Position numbers and translations under genes: made by a program
Source of the DNA: Squalus acanthias
Lineage: Eukaryota
Direction of reading: 5' to 3'
DNA length: 64,000 nt
Assembly (NCBI GenBank): GCA_030390025.1
Contig: CM059430.1
Span: forward strand, 44,702,001 to 44,766,000
The notes under the pieces: model-generated
Told to the model about the DNA's origin: nothing
What the model saw: only the letters and a program-made list of their open reading frames with translations
Databases searched by the model: none
Shown: positions 24,028-34,645 of the stretch, piece after piece
Layout: each line of letters begins with the position of its first letter
Position numbering within the stretch: position 1 is the first letter of the stretch

Positions 24028-25743
24028 ATAAGGAAATGGCAGAAACGTTAAACTAATATTTTGTATCTGTCTTCAGAGTAGAAGACACAAAAAGCATACC
24101 AAAAATGGTGGGGAACCAAGGGTCTAATAAGGGTGAGGAACTTAACGTAATTAATATAAGTAGAGAAAAAGTACTAGAGAAACTAATGAGACTAAAAGCC
24201 GACAAATCCCCTGGACCTGACGGCCTACATCCTAGGGTTCTAAAAGAGGTGGCTGAAGAGATAGTGGATGCATTGGTTTTGATCTTCCAAAATTCCCTAG
24301 ATTCTAGAATGGTCCCAGCAGATTGGAACTTAGCAAATGTAGGGAGAGAGAAAACAAGGAACTACAGGCCAGTTAGCCTGACATCAGTCGTCGGGAAAAT
24401 GCTGGAATCCATTGTTAAGGAAATGGTATCAGGGCACTTAGAAAGCATAACATGATTAGGCAGAGTCAACATGGTTTTATGAAAGGGAAATCGTGTTTGA
24501 CAAATTTATTGGAGTTTTTTTGAGGATGTAACTAGCAGGGTAGATAAAGGGGAACCAGTGGATGTAGTATATTTGGATTTCCAAAAGGCATTCGATAAGG
24601 TGCCACATAAAAGGCTTTTACACAAGATAAGGGCTCATGGGGTTCGGGGGTAATATAGTGGCATGGATTGAGGATTGGTTAATGGACGGAAAACAGAGAG
24701 TAGGGATAAAAGGATCTTTTTCAGGTTGGCAGGCTATAATTAGTGGGGTGCTGCAAGGATCAGTGCCGGGACCTCAGCTATTTACAATCTGTATTAATGA
24801 CCTAGATGAAGGGACCGAGTGTAATGTATTCAAGTTTACTGACGATACAAAGCTAGGTGGGACAGTAAGCTATGAGGAGAACACAGAGTCTGCAAAGGGA
24901 TATAGATAGATTAAGTGAGTGGCAGCAAGGTGGCAGATGGAGTATAATGTAGGGAAATGTGAGGTTATTCACTTTGGTAGGAAGAATAGAAAAACAGAAT
25001 ATTTTTTAAATGGTGAGAAACTTTTAACTGTTGGTGTTCAGAGAGATTTGGGTGTCCTCGTGCAAGAAACACAGAAAGCTAGCATGCAGGTACAGCAAGC
25101 AATAAGGAAGGCAAATGGCATGTTGGCCTTTATTGCAAGGGGGTTGGAGTATAAGAGTAAGGAAGTCTTGCTACAATTGTACAGGGCCTTGGTGAGATCA
25201 CACCTGGAGTACTGTGCACAGTTTTGGTCTCCTTATCTAAGGAAGGATATACTTGCCTTGGAGGCGGTGCAATGAAGGTTCACTAGATTGATTCCTGGGA
25301 TGAGAGAGATTGTGTAGAATGGGCCTATACTCTCTGGGGTTTAGAAGAATGAGAGGTGATCTCATTGAAACATACAAGATTCTGAAGAGGACTGACAGGG
25401 TAGCTGCTGAGAGGTTGTTTCCCCTGGCTGGAGTGTCTAGAACTAGGGGGCATAGTCTCAGGATAAGGGATAGGCCATTTAAGACCGAGATGAGGAGGAA
25501 TTTCTTCACTCAGAGGATTGTGAATCTTTGGAATTCTCTGCCCCAGAGGGCTGTGGATGCTGAGTCTTTGAGTATATTCAAGGCTGAGATAGGTAGATAT
25601 TTGGACTCTAGGGGAATCAAGGGATATGGAGATCGGGCGGGAAAGTGGAGTTGAGGTCGATGATCAGCCATGATCTTATTGAACGGCGGAGCAGGCTCAA
25701 GGGGCCATTTGGCCTACTCCTGCTCCTATTTCTAATGTTCTTA
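24028..25743 (+). mobile_element. CR1 LINE, 5'-truncated, 1.7 kb
   Basis: KSPGPDGLHPRVLKE, NYRPVSLTS, FTDD and RSHLEYC with stops and frameshifts; complete 3' UTR and tail. Confidence 0.95.
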
Positions 25744-26363
25744 GTTAATCTTGGGAAATGTGTCATATCTTTGGAAAAACGCAATTCAAGTAGTATCTAA
25801 CCTGTCGCCTGAACGTACCAAATAATAAATAGCAACTCAAAGATACCTTTCCTACTTACATAAATGTAGTCCTCAATTTAGATTAGGATTTTAAAAATTC
25901 AACAACAAGTATTCAGTAGCGTTTCTACACCCCTCTAATTATTGAAGAGTGTATATGTTTTTTATGAAACTATAATTGAATCAAGGCCTGTCTTTGTCAG
26001 AGAAAAGAGTGGATGATCTATTCAGAATTGATGACTATATAATAATTAATAGGAGGAGAAAGTGTCCATTTTGTGCCCTACTCCTTATACTGAAGGTGAC
26101 AGGTATGATGAATATCATGTCAAACACTGGGTTTATGTTAAAGATGAGGTAATTATACAGTGAATGCAATAGGTGACATCCTGCTTTTATATTGACAGTA
26201 GCAAATAATCAATACAGGGACAGCAGCAATGTCGAGAGACGGTGTTTTCGATTATGCACCCCTTTTATGAAAATGTCCTAAATATTGTTCATTCTGCAAT
26301 ACAAGGATAAAATAAGTCAAAATAAGTAATGCTGGGCAGTCTTAAAATTATGCTTAACTGACA

Positions 26364-26535
26364 ATCTGGTCATTTACTTCATTGCTGTTTGTGGGAGCTT
26401 GCTGTGCACAAATTGGTTGCCGTGTTTCCGGCATTACAACAGTGATTACACTTCAAAAGTACTTCATTGGCTATAAAGTGCTGTGGGACATGCTGAGGTT
26501 GTAAAAAGGTGCCATATAAATGCAAGTCTTTCTTT
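26364..26535 (+). mobile_element. Deu-domain SINE 3' part
   Basis: cattgctgtttgtgggagcttgctgtgcacaaattgg...tataaatgcaagtctttct. Confidence 0.85.
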
Positions 26536-27097
26536 CCCTCTTTAACTAATTGAGACATTTTTGTCTCAAAATATATCAATGATACTTGTTGCTCTCCCAT
26601 GGGGGGGGGGGGCGATTTCCCAGCCCCGAGGAGGCGGGACAGTTGGCAAAAATCGCAAAAAGTGAGGGCGGGTTCGGAACCCGCCTCTGCGCAATTTTGC
26701 CGGAGGCAAGTTTGATGGGTGCGATTCAGTCCCGCCTCCATCAGCCGGGAGAGGTAGTTAAGACCCTTAAATAGTCGTATAATCCTATTTTGACAGGCCT
26801 ATTATTTTGCCACATTTTGTGCGTGTTGCACGACCCTCCTAAACCACGCCAGCTAATCCTGGCGGGTTGACAAGTGGGTGGCCTCCTCACAGCTGCAGCT
26901 CCACCATTAAAACGGAGCTTTCATCAGGGAGCAGTTGCAGGAGGCAGAACGTTTGTTCACAGGTCTTTCAGCACTTTTAGCAGGCCTACCGACGTCAGAG
27001 GTGCTGCAGCTTCTATTTCTCAACTGTGGGACCTCCTTGGAAGACCCTCTCCCAGCTTGGACTGAGCGCTTCCCCAACGGAGGTATCTGCCAGCAGC

Positions 27098-27611
27098 ATG
27101 GGAACCATTTATTTCCTTTCACCATGGACCTCAGATTCGGATGAGGAGCAGCCACGGCAGCAGCAGAACCAGGCAGCTCAGCAGCAACAGCAGCAGGAGC
27201 CCCACCCTCCTGCTCACCCACCTGATGCTGCACAGGGCAGAAGGCATCAGCGCATGGAAGCACGTCGCCACAGGAGATACCCCCAATACAGGGATTACAG
27301 ACAGAGGATGAGCTACCTCAACATGACTGAGCAGCAGTGCCAAAGGAGGCTGAGACTTTCACGAGAGATAGTGGCTGACATCTGTGCACTGCTGCACCAA
27401 CACCTGGAGCCCAGAGGAGCGGGTAGACACCCCTTACCAGCGGCTGTCAAAGACACCACTGCACTCAACTTTTTTGCCTCAGGCTCCTTCCAGGGATCAT
27501 CAACAGACATCAGCGGCATCTCCTAGTCGGCCGCCCACAGTTGCATCACGCAGGTTACCGATGCCCTTTTCGCCAAGGCGCACAATTACATCCATTTCTC
27601 AAGGGATCAAG
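27098..27611 (+). pseudogene. Harbinger transposase, 5' half
   Basis: SDSDEEQ...[14 protein letters not shown]...[13 protein letters not shown]. Confidence 0.9.
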
Positions 27612-27696
27612 ATGCGGAGATGCCGGAGTTGGACTGGGGTGGACAAAAGTGAGAAGTCGCACAACACCAGGTTATAGTCCAACAGTTTTATTTGAA

Positions 27697-27736
27697 ATCA
27701 CAAGCTTTCGGAGCTGCTGCCCCTTCGTCAGGTGAA
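27697..27736 (-). ncRNA. Minimal type-I hammerhead ribozyme in the PLE 3' pLTR
   Basis: Minus strand tcac-CTGACGA-a-ggggc-agca-gctcc-GAAA-gctt-gtga. Confidence 0.8.
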
Positions 27737-28054
27737 GTGAAGGAATACGAATCGGCAAAGCATATATAGACAGAGAACAATGCATGTGTAGCGTACAATG
27801 TCAGACGACTACATTTAATCCTTCTGACTGCCTTTTGTCACACCTCGGAAGAGAAACAATCAGGTCAGCCAGGAAGGCACCACATCAAAGACATAGCAAG
27901 ATACAACTGAGACAATGAGGTGGGGTCACAGGGGGTCTAATGTGTCAAATGCTGCAGTCTGTATGGAAAACCATAAACTTTAAAATTTTTACTTTTTTTT
28001 TAACTGGAAATCACATCTGTGAACAAGCCAACGACGACTCGAGTCTGGATGACT

Positions 28055-29845
28055 CTACGTCATGTAGCGTGACATGAACCCAAGACCCCGGTTGAGGCCG
28101 TCCTCATGAGTGCGGAACTTGGCTATCAGTTTCTGCTCGATGATTTTGCGTTGTCGTGTGTCTCGAAGGCCGCCTTGGAGAACGCTTACCCGCAGATCCG
28201 AGGCTGAATGTCCTTGACTGCTGAAGTGTTCCCCGACTGGGAGGTAACAATCTTGCCTGGCGATTGTTGCGCAGTGTCCGTTCATACGTTGTCTCAGTGT
28301 CTGCATGGTCTCGCCGATGTACCATGCTCTGGTGCATCCTTTCCTGCAACGTATGAGGTAGACAACGTTGGCCGAGTCACATGAGTATGTACCATGTACC
28401 TGGTGGGTAGTGTCCTCACGTGTGATGATGGTATCTGTGTTGATGATCTGGCATGTCTTGCAGAGGTTGCCGTGGCAGGGTTGTGTGGTGTCGTGGTCGC
28501 TGTTCTCCTGAAAGCTGGGTAATTTGCTGCGAACGATGGTACTTCTGAGGTTAGGTGGCTGTTTGAAGGCGAGTAGTGGAGGCGTGGGGATGGCTTTAGC
28601 GAGGTGTTCGTTGTCATCGATGACATGTTGAAGGCTGCGAAGAACATGGCGTAGTTTCTCCACTCCGGGGAAGTACTGGACGACGTAGGGTACCCTGTTG
28701 GTTGTGTCCCGTGTTCGCCTTCTGAGGAGGTCTATGTGATTTTTCGCTGTGGCCCGTCAGAACTGTCGATCGATGAGTCGAGCGTCATATCCCGTTCTTA
28801 CGAGGGTGTCTTTCAGCATCCGTAGGTGTCCATCGCGTTCCTCCTCGTCTGAGCAGATCCTGTGTATTCGCAGGGCTTGTCCATAGGGGATGGCTTCTTT
28901 AACGTGGTTAGGGTGGAAGCTGGAGAAGTGGAGCATCGTGAGGTTGCCCGTGGGCTTGCGGTAGAGTGAAGTGCTGAGGTGTCCGTCATTGATGGAGATT
29001 CGTGTGTCCAGGAATGAAACCGATTCTGAGGAGTAGTCCATGGTGAGTTTGATGGTGGGATGGAACTTGTTGATGTTATCGTGTAGTCTTTTCAGTGATC
29101 CTTCACCGTGGGTCCAAAGGAAGAAAATGTCGTCGATGTATCTGGTGTACAGCGTTGGCTGGAGGTCCTGTGCAGCGAAGAAGTCTTGCTCGAACTTGTG
29201 CATGAAGATGTTGGCGTATTGGGGTGCGAATTTGGTCCCCATGGCTGTTCCGTGTGTTTGGGTAAAAAAATGTTTGTCGAAGGTGAAGACATTGTGGTCA
29301 AGGATGAAGCGGATGAGTTGTAGGATGGCGTCTGGAGATTGGCTGTTGTTGGTGTTGAGTACTGAGGCTGTCGCAGCGATGCCGTCATCGTGGGGGATAC
29401 TGGTGTAGAGTGCCGATACATCCATCGTGGCGAGGAGTGTTCCTGGTTCAACTGGTCCGTGGGTGCTGAGTTTCTGTAAGAAGTCTGTGGTGTCGCGGCA
29501 GAAGCTGGGGGTTCCCTGTACGATGGGTTTCAGGATGCCCTCGACGTATCCAGAGAGGTTCTCACACAGGGTTCCATTGCCTGATACGATAGGACGTCCG
29601 GGTGTGTTGGCTTTGTGTATCTTTGGGAGGCAGTAGAAGTCTCCCACACGGGGAGTACGTGGGATGAGAGCGCGTAGGATGCTTTGAAGGTCTGGATCGA
29701 AGGTCTTGATCAGTCTATTGACTTGGCAGGTGTGTTCTTTGGTCGGATCTGCAGGTAACTGTCTATAGTGTTCCTGGTTGTCCAGTTGTCGGTATGCTTC
29801 TTTGCAATAGTCCATTCTGTTCTGTATGACGATGGCTCCTCCTTT
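28055..29845 (-). pseudogene. PLE reverse transcriptase + GIY-YIG endonuclease, 5'-truncated, premature stop
   Basis: KGGAIV, LPKIHK, GRPIVS, MDVSALYTSI, GTAMG and RYIDDIF; stop at ~28757; PCHGNLCKTC linker; VVYLIRC...WYIGET; GLN end. Confidence 0.93.
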
Positions 29846-31060
29846 GCCAACATCTTCATGCACAAGTTTGAGCAAGACTTCTTCGCTGCACAGGACCTCC
29901 AGCCAACGCTGTACACCAGATACATCAATGACATTTTCTTCCTTTGGACCCATGGCGAAGGATCACTGAAAAGACTACACGATAACATCAACAAGTTCCA
30001 TCCCACCATCAAACTCACCATGGACTACTCCTCAGAATCGGTTTCATTCCTGGACACACGAATCTCCATCAAAGACGGACACCTCAGCACTTCACTCTAC
30101 CGCAAGCCCACGGACAACCTCACGATGCTCCACTTCTCCAGCTTCCACCCTAACCACGTTAAAGAAGCCATCCCCTATGGACAAGCCCTGCGAATACACA
30201 GGATCTGCTCAGACGAGGAGGAACGCGATGGACACCTACGGACGCTGAAAGACGCCCTTGTAAGAACGGGATATGACGCTCGACTCATCGATCGACAGTT
30301 CCGACGGGCCACAGCGAAAAATCGCATAGACCTCCTCAGAAGGCAAACACAGGACACAACCAACAGGGTACCCTACGTCGTCCAGTACTTCCCCGGAGCG
30401 GAGAAACTACGCCATGTTCTTCGCAGCCTTCAACATGTCATTGATGACGATGAACACCTCGCTAAGGCCATCCCCACGCCTCCACTACTCGCCTTCAAAC
30501 AGCCACCTAACCTCAGAAGTACCATCGTTCGCAGCAAATTACCCAGCTTTCAGGAGAACAGTGACCACGACACCACACAACCCTGCCACGGCAACCTCTG
30601 CAAGACATGCCAGATCATCAACACAGATACCATCATCACACGTGAGGACACTACCCACCAGGTACATGGTACATACTCATGTGACTCGGCCAACGTTGTC
30701 TACCTCATACATTGCAGGAAAGGATGCACCAGAGCATGGTACATCGGCGAGACCATGCAGACACTGAGACAACGTATGAACGGACACCGCGCAACAATCG
30801 CCAGGCAGGATTGTTACCTCCCAGTCGGGGAACACTTCAGCAGTCAAGGACATTCAGCCTCGGATCTGCGGGTAAGCGTTCTCCAAGGCGGCCTTCGAGA
30901 CACACGACAACGCAAAATTATCGAGCAGAAACTGATAGCCAAGTTCCGCACCCATGAGGACGGCCTCAACCGGGATCTTGGGTTCATGTCACGCTACATG
31001 ACGTCGAGTCATCCAGACTCGAGTCGTCGTTGGCTTGTTCACAGATGTGATTTCCAGTAA
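29846..31060 (+). pseudogene. PLE RT C-terminal half + GIY-YIG endonuclease; open frame but 5'-truncated
   Basis: ANIFMHKFE, RYINDIF (catalytic Asp changed to Asn), CxxxxCxxC linker, VVYLIHC...WYIGET...RQRMNGH...EHF...IEQKLI...GLN. Confidence 0.93.
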
Positions 31061-31324
31061 AAAAAAAAGTAAAAATTTTAAAGTTTATGGTTTTCCATAC
31101 AGACTGCAGCATTTGACACATTAGACCCCCTGTGACCCCACCTCATTGTCTCAGTTGTATCTTGCTATGTCTTTGATGTGGTGCCTTCCTGGCTGACCTG
31201 ATTGTTTCTCTGCCGAGGTGTGATGAAAGGCAGTCAGAAGGATTAAATGTAGTCGTCTGTCATTGTACGCTACACATGCATTGTTCTCTGTCTATATATG
31301 CTTTGTCGATTCGTATTCCTTCAC

Positions 31325-31364
31325 TTCACCTGATGAAGGGGCAGCAGCTCCGAAAGCTTGTGAT
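31325..31364 (+). ncRNA. Minimal type-I hammerhead ribozyme in the PLE 3' pLTR
   Basis: tcac-CTGATGA-a-ggggc-agca-gctcc-GAAA-gctt-gtga; palindromic AAGCTT stem III; AATAAA follows at ~31369. Confidence 0.82.
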
Positions 31365-31425
31365 TTCAAATAAAATTGTTGGACTATAACCTGGTGTTGT
31401 GCGACTTCTCACTCACGGGATCAAG

Positions 31426-32150
31426 TAAGTGTAACCGTGCATTCAGTTGGCTTTGCAAATATCGCAGGCTTGCCAATGGTGCAGGGCGTCATAGACTGCA
31501 CACATGTGGCCCTTAGGACATCCCATCAAAACCCAGCTATCTTTGTCAACCGCAAGGGCTTCCACTCCCTCAACATACAGCTGGTGTGTAACCACAAGAA
31601 GGAGATTTTGCATGTTTGCGCCAAAATCTGTGGCATTTGCCATGACTCTCTCATCCTGCGGAACTCTAGTGATCCTCTGCTCTTCAATCCACCAAACCAA
31701 CTTAACGGATGGCTCCTTGGTGACAAGGGCTAACCCCTGAAGAAGTGGCTAATGACGCCGATCAGGAGGCCAACTAACAAGGCTGAGGAGCGCTACAACA
31801 GCAGCGACATTTCGACCAGGTCCATCATCGAGCAAACCATTGGCTTGCTGAAGATGCGATTCTGATGCCTTGACAGATCAGGTGGCGCCCTGCAGTATTC
31901 AGCAGCCAGGGTCTCCAGAATGGTCGTGGTTTGCTGTGCACTGCACAACATGGAACAGCGTCGTGGCTTACAGCTTCCTGATGAGCAAGTGGCTCAGTTC
32001 ATAGCCTCCTCAAATGTGGAGGAGGAGGAGGAGGAGTAGGAGTAGGAGGAGAACCGAGCAGCGACGTATCGACCAGCAGCAGTGGCAGCACATGAGCACA
32101 TGGCTGCCCGTGATGCAAGGGATGCACTCATCCTGGCCAGATTTGCATAG
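31426..32150 (+). pseudogene. Harbinger transposase, 3' half
   Basis: [13 protein letters not shown] and LLGDKG followed by a stop; IEQTIGLLK; acidic tail. Confidence 0.9.
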
Positions 32151-32379
32151 GTTGCCCATTGTGACACATGTGCTTGGCTCCTTCTTAACACATGATAGAC
32201 AATGGATATGACTCTCTGGCCTCCTTTCACTCTAACCACGCAAGTGTCGCGGAGCCCGCAATGTAGAGCTGCCTAGGCCGGAATGACAGATGCCATCACG
32301 CCAACAGTTTGTCATCACCTAATTTTGATACATTCACACAGGGATGGCATTTCATTAATAAATAGAAACAATCACCCAA

Positions 32380-32565
32380 TCTGCACACAGATCTGGAGGT
32401 TATATCCCTTGCCAGCTGGACCCACACAGCCTTGGTTTCTTTGGGAGGCCTCTTCCTCCCAGATGAGGGGAAGAGCACCTCCCCGCTAGCTCTCTCCCCC
32501 TCAACCAGCATACCCAGCGCCTCATCCGAGAACCTCGGGGAGGCCCTTGCCTTGGAGCTGGCCAT
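32380..32565 (-). pseudogene. Harbinger Myb/SANT-like ORF, short or truncated
   Basis: MASSKARASPRFSDEALGMLVEG...ETKAVWVQLARDITSRSVCR, homologous to 6823-7047. Confidence 0.85.
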
Positions 32566-32962
32566 TCTTCAAGGAAATAAAAGTTTGGAGGTGGTGCACC
32601 ATCGACCAAAAACCAGTGGAACGAGCCAAGGCAGCAAGCAGCCCTTAAATGAAGCTGGATAAGTGACGTCAGCAGAGGCGAGTTTCAGTCCCAAAAGACT
32701 AATTGGCCCAGGGGAACTCACACCTCTGAAAGTAACTGGCCAATTAGGGGAAAATCGCAAATTTTTCCCACCTGACAGTGGAGGCGAGTTTGGAGCCCAC
32801 CCAAACCGAAACCCGCCTCCAATGGGAAAATCGCGCCCATGGTGTTGGGCACGGGGCATCAAGGCCAAGTGCAATGTTCAGGTGAAGTGGAGTTAGAGGG
32901 TGGCGGATGGTTAATCAAGAATACACTGATGTCATTCAGTCCCCATTTTAAAGTCATACAAT

Positions 32963-33578
32963 GGCCCGGAATTTGCGGTGGGAGGCTTCCCGCGGGGAAA
33001 TGCTTCCGATCCGCAAATAAAATCCGCGCCTACCTGGTGTTCCGGGAGGTACGGAGACTCTCAGTCCTGGGCCTCTCTGGGTACCCGTGGGCAGAGACCC
33101 ACGTATCCCAGGAGCACAGACAGTTCACAAGCGCCCCTGGGATCACATGGGCTGGCCCAATGAATGACAGAAGGGAAACCCCATTCATGCTTATGGTGAT
33201 TCTGTATGTACGGAACTCCAATAAGCATTAATGGGAATACCCCCCAAAATACACCTAGACATCAAATAAATAAAAAAATCACATTTAAAATTACATTTAA
33301 TTAAATATTTAAAAGAAAATATTAATTTTTTGAAAAATAAATTTACATGTTTTAAAGGGGCTAAAAATAAACTAACCTTATTTAACAAGTTTTTAAATGA
33401 TTAAATTATATTTTTCTGTTATTTTAAAACTCTTATGCTGGTAAAAGCAGGCCTTCCGATCTGTTAAGAAAATTCTTGACAGATCGCAAGTTCTGTGTTT
33501 TAGCGCATGCCTAAACCCAGAACTTGCGCGGCGCGTACACACCTCGCACGCACCCGTAAGGGCCGCAAATTACGGCCC
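32963..33578. mobile_element. Harbinger-type MITE, 616 bp
   Basis: TIRs ggcccggaatttgcgg / ccgcaaattacggccc match at 14/16; related to 62541-63897. Confidence 0.8.
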
Positions 33579-34030
33579 ATTATGTCCTTATTTTTGTCTA
33601 ATACTTTGTATATTATTTGTAATTAAATAACAAAACTTAAAAGCATTTTAAGAAGCAGAGATGTTGAGTTAGGTGGAGCATCGGAGTTTTCTTGTAGTAC
33701 AGGCTGAGGAGGTAGGAGATATAAAACTAAGATGCTATAGTGTCACTACTGGTGTGAGGGTGTAATTACAGTGTGAAAAGTGTACAGAGACAGTTTTCAT
33801 TATAAATGTGAACATAGAACATAGATAGAAAAGTTGACACAAAAGTGTGAAACATAACAAGAAGTAAGGTTTTGTAGATGGGAAATGCATGCAAAGGTAA
33901 GATTTTAGTACATTGTTAGTATATTTCCTGTGAATTTGCTCACATATATGAATACAAGCTTTTCTTTATACAGAGGAATGGAGTTGGGAGAGAAACATCC
34001 TCTGAACTACATCATTACAGGCAACCGTTT

Positions 34031-34645
34031 ACAACAACAACTTTCATTTATACTGTGTCTTTAACACATTAAAGCGTCCCAAGGCGCTTCACAGGAATGT
34101 TATCAAACAAAATTTGACACTGAGCCACATAAGGAGATATTAAGCAAAAAGCTTGGTCAAAGAGGTAGGTTTTTATGAATGTCTTAAAAAGGAGGAGAGC
34201 GCGCTAGAGGGTCAGAGAGGGAACCTGTGTTGCATTGTACAATATTACTCAGCCAAAAAATTAGAATTGTAATCTCACATAATATTAGAATACGCTTTAT
34301 ATAAGTGGTTTGCATCATAAGAAAATGATGAACAGTATGACAATCAAAAGGTTAAGTTGGGAGGGAATTCCAGAGCTTAGGGCCTAGGCAGCTGAAGGCA
34401 TGGCTATCAATGGTAGAACGATTAAAATCGGGGATGCGCAAAAGGACAGAATTGAAGGAGCACAGAGATCTCGGAGGGTTGTAGGGCTGGAGGAGGGTTA
34501 CAGAGATAAGGAGGGGCAAGACCATAAAAGTATTTGAAAACAAGGATGAGAATTTTAAAAATCGAGCCATAGGCAGACCGGGAGCCAACGTAGGTCAGGG
34601 AGCACAGGGATGATGGGCGAACGGGACTTGGTACGAGTTAGGACT
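34031..34645 (-). mobile_element. L2 LINE 3' end interrupted by a templated insertion
   Basis: Collinear with 19942-20430 except for 34224-34359. Confidence 0.88.
34224..34359 (-). repeat. Inverted copy of unique sequence 35252-35390
   Basis: Reverse-complement match over ~135 bp with a few substitutions and one small indel. Confidence 0.93.

Larger units (their letters stand above)
27612..31411. mobile_element. Penelope-like retroelement (probably Neptune clade): two 5'-truncated copies back to back, 14-bp TSD
   Basis: RT and GIY-YIG ORFs on both strands; TSD ctcaagggatcaag (27598-27611) and ctcacgggatcaag (31412-31425). Confidence 0.95.
27648..31413. repeat. Long inverted repeat: arms ~27648-29215 and ~29846-31413 (~1568 bp), ~630-bp spacer
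   Basis: Arms are near-identical reverse complements and give near-identical translations in the ORF track. Confidence 0.95.
26602..32838. mobile_element. PIF/Harbinger transposon (~2.4 kb net) interrupted by a Penelope-like element
   Basis: TIRs (g)nggcgatttccca / tgggaaaatcgcgccc; ATG on both flanks; convergent transposase and Myb ORFs. Confidence 0.9.

Noticed and set aside
29768-31060. 430-aa ORF as an intact gene or domesticated endonuclease
   Set aside because: Its first ~26 codons are antisense PLE sequence across the inversion junction, the RT is half missing, and the catalytic motif reads YIND
27648-31413. Assembly fold-back artefact as the cause of the long palindrome
   Set aside because: The arms differ at scattered sites, the structure is bounded by a TSD, and the host transposase resumes correctly on the far side
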